Shown here in pieces: positions 28,790 to 38,531 of a DNA stretch of 64,000 nt (the stretch's first letter is position 1; each line of letters opens with the position of its first letter). The position numbers and the translations under genes were made by a program. The notes under the pieces are model-generated. The model did no database searches, was not told the origin of the DNA, and saw nothing but the letters and a program-made list of their open reading frames with translations. This DNA is from Caldora sp. Its GTDB lineage: Bacteria > Cyanobacteriota > Cyanobacteriia > Cyanobacteriales > Coleofasciculaceae. The stretch spans positions 33,053 through 97,052 of the forward strand of contig CBDCVG010000043.1 in NCBI GenBank assembly GCA_965222765.1, given 5' to 3'.

Positions 28790-31696
28790 ATGACGCTAAC
28801 TCAGGTTTGGGGAGCTTTGCTCATTTTTACTGTCTGTCCCCTGTTGGGGGGAGTTCCCCTAATTGCCGGGATTACCTACGCACTAACAAGGCGTCAGCTA
28901 GCGCAGTTGGGTACTGGTAATATATCTGTGTCAGCAGCTTTTTACCACGGGGGACGCTTAGTTGGTATCCTGGCAGTTTTGTCGGAGGCAGGCAAGGGAA
29001 TTGCTGCTGTTTTACTGGCTCGTTACTTCTTTCCGACAGAACTATCATGGGAGCTGATTGCTCTAATTATGCTGGTAATGGGTAGATACTGGATGGGTAA
29101 AGGAGCAGGGACGACTAATGTAGTCTGGGGCTTTGTGGTACATGACCCGATCGCGGCTTTCTTGATATTCTTAATTGGGGGAATTAGTTTTACCATATTC
29201 CGCGATCGCACTAGTGGACGGCTGGGGGTACTCATCCTGATGCCTATGATGTTAGCACTGGTATACCCTCAAGACTTATCAAGAGTAGTATTCGCAGCTG
29301 TCCTTGGTTTATTACTCGGTTGGATTTATCAAAAAATCCCCGATGATTTAGAACTTCCCACTAAACAAGGTAAGGCAGAATCTCAAAGAGTGTTTCGTTT
29401 TTTTCGAGGCGATCGCGCCATAGTTTCTCTTAATAGTAAGCTAGATGCCCAGAAGGTGGGGCAAAAAGCTGCAACCCTATCTCAATTAAAGGATTGGGGT
29501 TATCCTGTACCTCCTGGTTGGGTTCTACCACCGGGAGATGATGCCACACCCCTGATTAAACACCTCCCAGTTTCCGAATCTCAACCTCTGGTAGTACGCT
29601 CTTCAGCAGTAGGGGAAGATTCAGAATTTGCCTCTGCAGCAGGAGTATATCAAAGTGTTTTGCATGTCACCAATCCCCTAGCTTTGCAGGAAGCGATTAC
29701 CCTAGTCCTAGCATCTTACAGGAAACCAGTTGCAGCTCAATATCGACGCGATCGCTCTTTGCCAGATATCTCCATGGCAGTGCTGATTCAGCAACAAATT
29801 CCGGGGGTTTTTTCTGGGGTTGCTTTTAGCCGAGATCCGATTGCTCAACAGGGAGAGGCAGTATTAATCGAGGGATTACCGGGGGATGCGACTAGAGTAG
29901 TATCAGGACAAGTGACACCAGAGCAGTATCGAGTGTATCTCCAGGAATCACAAAGGGCAACAGAAGGAGAAAATCAACCCGTTATCACCTCACAAATCGA
30001 AGGTACTGGTGATGTACCTCCAACCCTAGTAAAGCAAGTAGCGATCCTAGCCAGGGAACTGGAGAAACGATACGACAGCATTCCCCAGGACATCGAATGG
30101 ACTTATGATGGTCAACAGTTATGGTTACTACAAGCACGACCGATTACTACCCTGCAGCCTCTTTGGACTCGTAAAATTGCTGCTGAGGTGATTCCTGGTT
30201 TAATTAGACCCCTTACTTGGTCGATTAATCGTCCCCTCACTTGCGGTGTTTGGGGGGAAATCTTTACTCTAGTATTAGGTAAGCGAGCAGCTGGTTTAGA
30301 TTTTAATCAGACAGCAACCCTTCACTATTCCCATGCCTACTTCAATGCCACTCTGTTAGGGCAAATTTTTCGCCGCATGGGTTTGCCAGCAGAAAGTTTG
30401 GAATTTCTCACCAGAGGAGCTAAGTTCTCCAAACCGCCTACTAGTTCCACTCTGCGGAATCTGCCGGGATTACTGCGCTTACTGGGTAAGGAATGGAATT
30501 TAGAACAAGAATTTGAATTAGATTACCAACAACAATTTGCCCCCACCCTGAGTCAGCTGCATAGTCAAGAGTTGTCTCAATTGTCCCCTTCAGCCTTACT
30601 AGAAAGAATAGACGGGATTTTAGAGGTTTTGCAACAAGCTACTTACTACAGCATCCTTGCTCCCCTAAGTAGCTCCCTGCGACAAGCATTGCTGCAAGTT
30701 AAAGATACAGAACTAGATAACAGCCAAACACCAGAAGTTGCCAGTTTGCGATCGCTTTCTCAAATAGCAGCAGATGCTCGTCATTTATTATCCCAGGAGC
30801 AAGTAATTAGTGATAGTGGTGCTTCCCTGTTTACTACCCTAGCAGAAAGCCCAGACGGTCAAAGTATTGTGGAGCAGTTTGAGCAATTTTTAGAGAGTTA
30901 TGGCTACCTGAGTGAAGTAGCAACCGATATTGCCATTCCCACCTGGAAAGAAGACCCCAGAGCCGTGCGGCGACTATTTACTCAATTTCTCTCTAATCCT
31001 CCTCCAAAGTCTGTACCACCGACACAACAGGGTTTACGAGCCCAGCTAGTACAGGTACGCTTAAATCTGAAAGGTAGAGTTACCCAAGTTTACTCTGAGT
31101 TGTTGGCTCATCTTCGCTGGAGCTTTGTGGCACTGGAAACTACTTGGTTACAAGGGGGTCTACTATCAGAACCAGGGGATATTTTTTTCTTGGAGTTTGC
31201 CCAAATCCGTTCTTTAGTTGCCAATGCTGATTTGGAATTAAAACAGCAGCTTCCCCAATTATTACAACAGCAGCGCAGTGAACTGGAAAGGAACCGTCAA
31301 TTGGCGAGTATACCTTTCTTAGTCTATGGGAATAATCCTCCTGCTCCGGTTGCCTCTATTTCTCCATCCCTTCAACGACAGCTGCAAGGCATTGGTGCTA
31401 GTGCTGGACAAGCAGAGGGTTTGGTGAAGGTAGTGACAGACTTCCAATCCTGTGATGATTTTGACAGTCAAACTATTCTCGTTGTACCTTACACTGACTC
31501 TGGTTGGGCTCCTCTACTCGCCCGAGCTGGTGGTTTAATTGCAGAAGTGGGAGGGCGTCTTTCCCATGGTGCCATTGTAGCTCGTGAGTATGGCATCCCA
31601 GCGGTTATGGATATCCCTAATGCTATCCAAGTATTACATGATGGTCAAAAGGTACGTATTGATGGTCAGTTGGGTATTGTTGAAATACTGGATTGA
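28790..31696 (+). CDS. Fusion protein: divergent PlsY-like polytopic membrane domain (about 190 aa) + PEP-synthase-N-like ATP-grasp domain + PEP-utilising swivel phosphohistidine domain, with no TIM-barrel
   Basis: N-terminus GTGNISVSAA / EAGKGIAAVLLA / GRYWMGKGAGTTN parallels the PlsY motifs GSGNxGATN / D..KG / GHxxxxFKGGKGVAT. Middle KVGQKAATLSQLKDWGYPVPPGWVL (PPDK_N). C-terminus GGRLSHGAIVAREYGIPAV (catalytic His of the PEP-utilising mobile domain). Confidence 0.65.
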   Translation: MTLTQVWGALLIFTVCPLLGGVPLIAGITYALTRRQLAQLGTGNISVSAAFYHGGRLVGILAVLSEAGKGIAAVLLARYFFPTELSWELIALIMLVMGRYWMGKGAGTTNVVWGFVVHDPIAAFLIFLIGGISFTIFRDRTSGRLGVLILMPMMLALVYPQDLSRVVFAAVLGLLLGWIYQKIPDDLELPTKQGKAESQRVFRFFRGDRAIVSLNSKLDAQKVGQKAATLSQLKDWGYPVPPGWVLPPGDDATPLIKHLPVSESQPLVVRSSAVGEDSEFASAAGVYQSVLHVTNPLALQEAITLVLASYRKPVAAQYRRDRSLPDISMAVLIQQQIPGVFSGVAFSRDPIAQQGEAVLIEGLPGDATRVVSGQVTPEQYRVYLQESQRATEGENQPVITSQIEGTGDVPPTLVKQVAILARELEKRYDSIPQDIEWTYDGQQLWLLQARPITTLQPLWTRKIAAEVIPGLIRPLTWSINRPLTCGVWGEIFTLVLGKRAAGLDFNQTATLHYSHAYFNATLLGQIFRRMGLPAESLEFLTRGAKFSKPPTSSTLRNLPGLLRLLGKEWNLEQEFELDYQQQFAPTLSQLHSQELSQLSPSALLERIDGILEVLQQATYYSILAPLSSSLRQALLQVKDTELDNSQTPEVASLRSLSQIAADARHLLSQEQVISDSGASLFTTLAESPDGQSIVEQFEQFLESYGYLSEVATDIAIPTWKEDPRAVRRLFTQFLSNPPPKSVPPTQQGLRAQLVQVRLNLKGRVTQVYSELLAHLRWSFVALETTWLQGGLLSEPGDIFFLEFAQIRSLVANADLELKQQLPQLLQQQRSELERNRQLASIPFLVYGNNPPAPVASISPSLQRQLQGIGASAGQAEGLVKVVTDFQSCDDFDSQTILVVPYTDSGWAPLLARAGGLIAEVGGRLSHGAIVAREYGIPAVMDIPNAIQVLHDGQKVRIDGQLGIVEILD

Positions 31697-31803
31697 CAAA
31701 AAATTGTTCAACGGTTAAGTCCCTTGAAAAGCGTCCCGATTGATTTTTTTAATTTGTCAACTCAGGAGAACCATGAGACCTTCTACTCTATTTTAACTAG
31801 GAC

Positions 31804-33141
31804 TTAATTTTTAATACCCTTAAACTGTTCTTGTGCTGCCTTAAAGGCTTCTTTCATAACCAACTGAATCTTGTCAGGATCCGGTTTTTTACCCCCCATT
31901 AAATCTCCAAAGTAAACACAGGCTCCTTCACCTAGTGCCCAGGTATAGGCAGCTGCCCAGGAAGCAGCAATCACACTACCGAAGACGGGTAGGAATTTGA
32001 TTAACTCCCGCCCAACTGCCTGTGCGAGGAAACCACCAGCAATTGCACTGACAACTCCTCCAGCTTGAGATGAGGTCAACGTTTGCCCATACAATTGTCC
32101 CAAAAGACCTACCATCGAGACTTGCAAAGTCGTGAGTACAGGCATAGTAGCAAATGGTAAGGGTACAGCTGCTAAGGTAGCCGCCATAATAGCAAATGCC
32201 AACATGTAACGCCTTCCAACATCCCGGTAGAGGTTACCCAATTGCTTACTAGCATCCTCATCTAATAGCTGATAAATGGCACGAGCTTCAACTTCCGGGA
32301 GGAGCTCTGCTAGAGTATCCCTCAGGGCTTCTAAGCCATAAAATACTGGATTATAGTTATCTTCCTCTAAGGTGAAGTCGATTAATACAGTGCGATCGCA
32401 CAATTCTGCAAAAGCTTGCTTAATCCCTTCAAAGACTCGGTTAACTTCTTCATAGTCAGGTGGATAGGCAGGATGATCCCCAATATTGGGAGGATAAACC
32501 TCATGCAAGCAAGTAACTGCCAACAGACAGGGAATATCTGGATACTGCTGACGCAGCTGTTGCGCTATTTGTCGTAGCGTGTCAGTAGCAAAATCATTGA
32601 TTTTGACAGTTAAAATCAGGACTCTGGCACAACTAGTAGACTCTTGCAAATCCCCAACTAGTTCCTGAATAATGACCTGAGTATCCTGGTTGACATCTCC
32701 GAGTCCCACCGTATCAGTAAAAATAAGCAAGGGTAGGTCATCCGAAGGATAGGCATAGCGCTCAGTATGTTGGGTGTGGGGACGAAATCCCTGGCCAATA
32801 ATTTCAGCAGAAACTCCCGTCAATCCCCGCACAATCGAACTTTTTCCAGCTTGGGGTTTTCCAATCAGAAGAGCTTCTGTAGTTGGCAGTTCTGCTCTAA
32901 CCGTCTCCAAAATTTCTGCAACCTGAGCCTCGTTGACGCTAAATAATTCAACAGCTGTTTGTGCTACTTGCTCTATGGGTAGAAGTTTCATCAAACTGCT
33001 TGTTGTACTATGCCAAACCCCAGTAATGCGGTTTGTCCAAGAATCCTTTTGTGGTTCATTTGTACTATTTTTAGTAGATTCATCCAACTCCTGAGAATCA
33101 GTTGCAGGGGAGTGAGCATTATGTTCCTCAGTCATAGGCAA
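31804..33141 (-). CDS. GTPase (MMR_HSR1-like G domain) with C-terminal DUF697/YcjF-like membrane domain
   Basis: G1 GKPQAGKSS, G3 DTVGLGD. C-terminal hydrophobic helices AIMAATLAAVPLPFATMPVLTTLQVSMVGLLGQLYG. Confidence 0.6.
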   Translation of the reverse strand: MPMTEEHNAHSPATDSQELDESTKNSTNEPQKDSWTNRITGVWHSTTSSLMKLLPIEQVAQTAVELFSVNEAQVAEILETVRAELPTTEALLIGKPQAGKSSIVRGLTGVSAEIIGQGFRPHTQHTERYAYPSDDLPLLIFTDTVGLGDVNQDTQVIIQELVGDLQESTSCARVLILTVKINDFATDTLRQIAQQLRQQYPDIPCLLAVTCLHEVYPPNIGDHPAYPPDYEEVNRVFEGIKQAFAELCDRTVLIDFTLEEDNYNPVFYGLEALRDTLAELLPEVEARAIYQLLDEDASKQLGNLYRDVGRRYMLAFAIMAATLAAVPLPFATMPVLTTLQVSMVGLLGQLYGQTLTSSQAGGVVSAIAGGFLAQAVGRELIKFLPVFGSVIAASWAAAYTWALGEGACVYFGDLMGGKKPDPDKIQLVMKEAFKAAQEQFKGIKN

Positions 33142-34800
33142 AAGTGGCAGATAGCTTCTAACTCAATCCTATCTATACGAGGCTGGTTTTGCAGGAGAGA
33201 AACAACATATAGATTTAAAGGTGCGTTACGCTACGCCTACGCTAACACACCCTACAAATCGAGGCTTTGCGTAAGTCCTGAGATTGACATCCTCCCTCCG
33301 CTAACCTCTAACGAGGTATAGCAGGGGATTCCCAAGAGTTCTTGGTTCGCAGTTCATCGAGCCGACTTAGAACCAGAGCGTCTCCGTTCTTGAGCCAGAG
33401 GTCAGTTTCTCCCTGCGCTTTCGAGCTTTTGGCTCCGGATTCTGTATGCCCTACAGTACCGTTTAAATATTCAGCTAATAACAATAATCCTTTTTTCAAG
33501 ATGTTTTTGGCTGCGTTATGGTCGCGGTCTAATACCGTTTTACAATTACTGCATTTATGTGTTCTGGTGCTAAGTGTTTTCTTCACCTTCGCCTTACAAC
33601 ATGAGCAATCAACAGTTGTATTGTGAGGCACTACAGCAATAACTATCACACCATACACTTTGGCAAAGTATTGAAGCCATTTGGTGAATCGATACCAAGA
33701 TGCATCGCTGATGGATTTAGCTAGCTGGTGATTTTTTACCATGTTTTTTATCTTCAAGTCCTCGTAGACAATTAAATCTTTCGACTTAACTAGCGCCAAA
33801 GCATCTTTACGAGCTTTGTCTTCACGCTGTCTACTTACCTTCAGATGTTGCTTCGCTAAAGCCTTGCGTGCCTTGTGGTATCTGTTAGACTGTTTCTTCT
33901 TTTCAACATGTTTCTTGGAAACTCGACGTTGAAGCATCTTTAATCTTCGTTCGGATTTCCTCAAATATCGAGGGTTGTCAACAGTATTTCCATCGGAATC
34001 GGTATAGAACTCTTTTAGTCCTAAATCAATTCCCGTCATTTTCCCTTGAAATTCATGCTTCTCTCGTCTATCCCAATCCACTAAGAACTGAGCATAGTAG
34101 CCGTCAGCACGTCTTATGACTCGAACTCTTCGGATTTGTTTTTCCCTGGTCCAAACTAAATCCCTAGAACTCCACAAATCCATCATTCCGACTTGAAAAC
34201 CATCAGTGAAAGTTATAGTCCTTCTCTCAGCAGACAATTTCCACCCTGAATTTTTGTACTCGAGGGAACGACTGAATTTTTTGTAGCGAGGATAGCCTTT
34301 TTTACCGGGTTTTCCTAATCTACAGTTTTCATAAAAACGCTGAATGGCAGACCATGCCCTATCAGCGTGAGCCTGCCTTGCTTGGGAGTTGAGTTTTTTC
34401 GCCCAAGGGGCAAGTTTGTCCTTAGCTAGTAGGGCGCAAAGCTTTTGGAGGTCGTTACGAGTGACCCGTCTGTTATCTTCCCAATAGCGCAAACAGGTGT
34501 TGCGGATGAACTGCCCTGTTCGGATTGCTTCATCCAACTTGCTGTACTGAACTTTGGTTCCTTTGAGCTTGGCTTCAATGACTAGCATGAGACCAAGCAT
34601 AACATATTTTACCGACTACGAATACAGGTATAATTATTTGGATTCGCTACCGCTCAATTGTTAGCTGGTCGGCATTCATCTCACCGCTAAACCATTGGCG
34701 GTACTCGGCTACGCCTCGATAAATCCGCCTCGGTTATAGCGGGAGCCTTCTGCCGACATTAAGGTAAAATTTTATAGGTTATGCTTTTATTCAGCAGCCC
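33142..34800 (-). mobile_element. tnpB-only IS200/IS605-family (IS1341-like) element: LE with subterminal hairpins (about 34600-34800), tnpB, RE/omega-RNA region (about 33142-33400)
   Basis: Complete TnpB ORF. LE hairpin gtcggcattc...gccttctgccgac. RE-proximal segment tttgtagggtgtgttagcgtaggcgtagcgtaacgcac has a solo homologue at 54150-54195. Confidence 0.6.
33308..34600 (-). CDS. tnpB: TnpB (IS200/IS605 OrfB) RNA-guided endonuclease, apparently intact
   Basis: N-terminus VIEAKLKGTKVQYSKLDEAIRTGQFIRNTCLRYW. RuvC-I IDLGLKEFYTDSDG. RuvC-II E in YEDLKIKNM region. Zn finger CSCCKAKVKK...HKCSNCKTVLDRDHNAAKNI. Confidence 0.85.
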   Translation of the reverse strand: MLGLMLVIEAKLKGTKVQYSKLDEAIRTGQFIRNTCLRYWEDNRRVTRNDLQKLCALLAKDKLAPWAKKLNSQARQAHADRAWSAIQRFYENCRLGKPGKKGYPRYKKFSRSLEYKNSGWKLSAERRTITFTDGFQVGMMDLWSSRDLVWTREKQIRRVRVIRRADGYYAQFLVDWDRREKHEFQGKMTGIDLGLKEFYTDSDGNTVDNPRYLRKSERRLKMLQRRVSKKHVEKKKQSNRYHKARKALAKQHLKVSRQREDKARKDALALVKSKDLIVYEDLKIKNMVKNHQLAKSISDASWYRFTKWLQYFAKVYGVIVIAVVPHNTTVDCSCCKAKVKKTLSTRTHKCSNCKTVLDRDHNAAKNILKKGLLLLAEYLNGTVGHTESGAKSSKAQGETDLWLKNGDALVLSRLDELRTKNSWESPAIPR

Positions 34801-34807
34801 CTAATTA

Positions 34808-35311
34808 TTGCAATCTATGGAATTAGACAACTACTGGCTCGGTTTAGATCCTGGACTTGCTCGCATTGGTTGGAGCATTGTCGCTGAAGACAAAGACAAT
34901 CAACCTCATCTGGTTGATTGTGGCACAATTGAGACAAGTAAAAACTTAACTACTCCTCAAAGGCTTGTAGAAATAGAACAAGATTTGATGGAATTACTCA
35001 AGGAATTCTCCCCAGATAATATAGCATTAGAAATGCCTTTTTTTAGTAGACAAATAAAGGCAGCTGGAGGAGTTTTACAGGCAGTAGGAATTATTAATTT
35101 GGTTTGTTATCGAGAAGCAGGGCTGCTCCCTATATCCCTCCATCAAGCAAGTTGGAAGGCACACCTTGGTAACGGCAGAGCAACCAAAAATGAAATAGCT
35201 GAAATTATCCAGTCCCTTTTTGATTTGAAACAACTTCCCATTGATGATACCGTTGACGCAGTCGGTATAGCTTACGCAGGAATGTGCGGTTTAACCAACA
35301 ATATCAGCTGA
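34808..35311 (+). CDS. ruvC: Crossover junction endodeoxyribonuclease RuvC
   Basis: WLGLDPGLARIGWSIV ... catalytic E/D pattern. The true start is probably the ATG at 34817 (MELDNYWLG). Confidence 0.8.
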   Translation: MQSMELDNYWLGLDPGLARIGWSIVAEDKDNQPHLVDCGTIETSKNLTTPQRLVEIEQDLMELLKEFSPDNIALEMPFFSRQIKAAGGVLQAVGIINLVCYREAGLLPISLHQASWKAHLGNGRATKNEIAEIIQSLFDLKQLPIDDTVDAVGIAYAGMCGLTNNIS

Positions 35312-35497
35312 AGTAGGCAATTGGGCTAAGCACAGCGCTAAAGACAATAATTCGGGCTTGCTGAATAAGTGCAAAGAAATTGAGCCCATTTGATTCAATT
35401 TCCTTGCACTTTCGTTGAGATTAACTCAAAATTTGTTACTTGTTACTCGTTACTTTGTACTTCCTTAAATGCTTCCATTTGACTTTTTCAGCAAACC

Positions 35498-36775
35498 CTA
35501 CATAGTTAGTGACTGCGGATTAGTTTCAATCAACTTTGCCAAGTCTTGCAAGAAGGCTGCTGCATGAGCACCGTAAATAATCCGATGATCACAGGTAATA
35601 TTTACTTGCATCTGACGCTGCACCCCCATCCAACCGTTAGCAGTGGCAACCACTTGTGGACGGGATGCCCCAATCGCTAAAATTGAACCCTGTCCTGGTG
35701 GTAAGATGGCATCAAAACGGTCAACGCCAAACATCCCTAAATTCGATAGGGTGAAGGTGCCAGAGTTATATTCATCTGGTTGCAATTGCTTATTTCTGGA
35801 ACGTTCTACTAAATTTTTCCAGCCGCGAGACAGAGAATAGATATCCACTTGATCCGCATTTTTTAATACTGGCGTAATCAAGCCACCATCATCCATTGCC
35901 ACAGCTACAGCAATATTAATGGCACTTTGATATTGAATGCCTCCTTCTGTATAACTGGCATTAACCAGAGGATGTTTTTGCAACGTTACTGCTACTGCTT
36001 TAGCAAGCAGTGCTGTCATTGTCACTCCCTTAGACTTAATTTGTTTATAGACTTTATCCAACTCATCAGTGGTAATGGTATACCCAACCCGGTAAGTAGG
36101 CATTTGTAGGCTAGCAACCATATTCCGTACTACCGCATTTTGCAGCGTATTCAAAGCTACAACTTCACCAGTAGCTATCCCTGGGGTAGGCACTACTGCT
36201 GCTGGGGAAGGAGCTGAGGGGACAGTAGTCGTTGGGGTTACTGGAGCAGGAGCAGGAGTGCTAATTTTGCCTGTAGCTTTTTCTACATCTTCAGCAACAA
36301 TACGTCCGTGGGGACCGGTACCTTTTAATGTATTAAGGTCTACCTTTAGTTCCTTAGCTAACTTACGAGCGCGAGGAGAGGCGATCATCCTGCCATTGCG
36401 GCGGCTGGGACTGTCTTGAACTACAGTTGTAGTTGCTGGTACAGGCTCAGGTGCTGCTGTTGCTTGCTCCTTAGTTGCCACAGCCGATGGTTGACTCATT
36501 TGAGCCGCTTTTTGTTGAGCTACCTCAATGTCTGCTTCCGTTTCTGCAATTAGTGCAATTGGAGCACCTACAGGAGCAGATTCACCAGCCGGTACTGTGA
36601 TTACTGCCAGATAGCCCTCATAAAAGGACTCAACATCCATATCCGCCTTGTCAGACTCAACCACTACCACGGTTTCACCTTTTTCGATTTTATCCCCCGG
36701 TGATTTTTCCCAGGCAACTATTTTGCCTTCGGTCATGGTAGAACTGAGGGCTGGCATGAAAACGTCGTGGATCAT
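35498..36775 (-). CDS. pdhC: Dihydrolipoamide acetyltransferase, E2 component of pyruvate dehydrogenase
   Basis: Lipoyl domain ...VVESDKADMDVESF. Ala/Pro linker. E3-binding segment. Catalytic C-terminus DHRIIYGAHAAAFL. Confidence 0.9.
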   Translation of the reverse strand: MIHDVFMPALSSTMTEGKIVAWEKSPGDKIEKGETVVVVESDKADMDVESFYEGYLAVITVPAGESAPVGAPIALIAETEADIEVAQQKAAQMSQPSAVATKEQATAAPEPVPATTTVVQDSPSRRNGRMIASPRARKLAKELKVDLNTLKGTGPHGRIVAEDVEKATGKISTPAPAPVTPTTTVPSAPSPAAVVPTPGIATGEVVALNTLQNAVVRNMVASLQMPTYRVGYTITTDELDKVYKQIKSKGVTMTALLAKAVAVTLQKHPLVNASYTEGGIQYQSAINIAVAVAMDDGGLITPVLKNADQVDIYSLSRGWKNLVERSRNKQLQPDEYNSGTFTLSNLGMFGVDRFDAILPPGQGSILAIGASRPQVVATANGWMGVQRQMQVNITCDHRIIYGAHAAAFLQDLAKLIETNPQSLTM

Positions 36776-36922
36776 GGTTTAATTTTCCGAATTAACTTCA
36801 ATGTGAGCTAGCAAGAACCTTTGCCAGATCGCATTGTAGCTTGAGGGGGTGAGCGAAAAAAGGTGTGGCAGAGCTTTTTTGAGTGTTGAAGAATAGAATG
36901 TGATATAGCAATTCTCGTATCC

Positions 36923-37969
36923 ATGAGGTATATCTCCTATTCCCTATTCCCCATTCCCCATTCCCAAAAACCAATAACTAATGTACCTCACAAGTATGAG
37001 AAACGCTATATGAGAAAGGTATTTTGGCTAAGTTTGCTGGTTATTAGTTTGTTATTTGCTCTGTTATTAGGTTTCTGGAACGAAGTAGGACATACCAAAT
37101 TTGCAATTGCCAAAACGCTGCCAGAAGCCCAAATTAACTATCAGTCCCATCAACTAGATTCAAGTGTAGTCCACAGTCTCTTGATTCCTGTTTCCAGTGG
37201 CTTTGTCGTAAAAACTGCTTCGTCTGAACAACTCATTTCTTTGGAACACTTTGCCCAACAGCATCAGACATTAGTAGTAATCAACGGTGGTTTTTTTGAC
37301 CCTAACAACCAAAAAACTACATCTTACATTGTCCAAGAAGGGCAATTAGTCGCAGATCCCCGGCTCAATGAAGGGCTGATGGATAATCCTAACAATGCGC
37401 CTTACTTAGATAAAATTCTCAACCGGACTGAATTTCGCCGCTACAGTTGTGGGTCAACTTTTCGTTATGATATTGCCCTACACAGCGAAGCCATTCCTGA
37501 AGATTGTATCTTAGTTGATGCCCTAGGAGGTGGGCCAGGTTTGCTACCAGCGCTAACTTTATTTCAAGAAGGCTTTTTGGATTTTGAAGACGGGAAAGTT
37601 ATTCGTGATGCCTTGGGAACTAAACGGCTCAATGCACGGAGCGCGGTGGGCATTACTTATGAGGGTGATATTTTACTAGTCATGGCGGCTCAAAAACCAG
37701 AATTACCCCAAAATAGTGGAGTATCTCTGCCAGAATTGGCTGAATTTATGAAAAGTTTTGGAGTAGAAAAAGCGATGAATTTAGATGGGGGAAGTTCTTC
37801 TGCTCTTTATTACCAAGGTGAGACTTTTTATGGCAGAGTTACTCGAGATGGAGATAGAGTACAACGACCAATTAAATCGGTTCTGGTTGTTACTCCTTAT
37901 CAACGTTCTATTGCTAGCGATCGCGCAGTTGTGTTTCTAGCTTGTCCAAATATTCTTTCGGGAAAATAG
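36923..37969 (+). CDS. Phosphodiester glycosidase-family (DUF2233/NAGPA) protein with N-terminal TM anchor
   Basis: MNLDGGSSSALYYQGETFYG motif. The probable real start is MRKVFWLSLLVISLLF (about 36999). Upstream TCCCCAT-type heptamers. Confidence 0.7.
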   Translation: MRYISYSLFPIPHSQKPITNVPHKYEKRYMRKVFWLSLLVISLLFALLLGFWNEVGHTKFAIAKTLPEAQINYQSHQLDSSVVHSLLIPVSSGFVVKTASSEQLISLEHFAQQHQTLVVINGGFFDPNNQKTTSYIVQEGQLVADPRLNEGLMDNPNNAPYLDKILNRTEFRRYSCGSTFRYDIALHSEAIPEDCILVDALGGGPGLLPALTLFQEGFLDFEDGKVIRDALGTKRLNARSAVGITYEGDILLVMAAQKPELPQNSGVSLPELAEFMKSFGVEKAMNLDGGSSSALYYQGETFYGRVTRDGDRVQRPIKSVLVVTPYQRSIASDRAVVFLACPNILSGK

Positions 37970-38531
37970 TTAAGTGTCCATAGAAAGCCTTGCCACTGTC
38001 AGTATTGGTTACCTCCATCCAATAAGCATAGCGCTCTCCTAAGAGTAATTCTCCCTCCTGAGCAGCCAATAAAGGTCGCTCTTGCCGCCGTGCTAAATCT
38101 ACAGTTTCTGGGGTGGGGTAGTCGTACACTAGTCTAGCTCGCTGGTAGTCTTGATAAATCGCTGGACCGTAGATGACTCTTAGAGATTCTTTCAGCCGGT
38201 TAGGTGTCACACCATTAATCTGGTCATAGAAGGCAATGCGTTCCTTACGAATTTGCCCTCGGTCTTTGACCAAAGTCAGCTCACCTGGAGGCAACACACT
38301 AGCTTCAAAGGTAAACTGCTGAGCAGCTGTATTGCTCTTGCGCACTCTTAATCCATCAATAACATTAGGTCGTAGGGTGGGATGAGCATTGATCCAGGCA
38401 GCAACTGTCTCAGTACTCTCCCCCGGTAGAGCTTTGGCAGCAGAGGTAAACAGGAAAAAGTAAAAAGGAAAAAGTAAAAAATATTTATTGGGGCTTTTTG
38501 TCTTTGCTTGTCTTAGTTGTCTATTTTTCAT
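37914..38531 (-). CDS. Hypothetical secreted protein (N-terminus uncertain; encoded partly by an A-rich repeat)
   Basis: ORF only. Convergent 56-nt overlap with the preceding gene. No recognisable motif. Confidence 0.4.
   Translation of the reverse strand: MKNRQLRQAKTKSPNKYFLLFPFYFFLFTSAAKALPGESTETVAAWINAHPTLRPNVIDGLRVRKSNTAAQQFTFEASVLPPGELTLVKDRGQIRKERIAFYDQINGVTPNRLKESLRVIYGPAIYQDYQRARLVYDYPTPETVDLARRQERPLLAAQEGELLLGERYAYWMEVTNTDSGKAFYGHLTIFPKEYLDKLETQLRDR

Noticed and set aside
28772-31808. 12-nt direct repeat taggacttaatt just before the start (28772) and just after the end (31797) of the PlsY-kinase fusion gene
   Set aside because: A 12-mer recurring twice in 64 kb is expected by chance many times over. 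There is no other sign of an insertion cassette. Kept only as a note.
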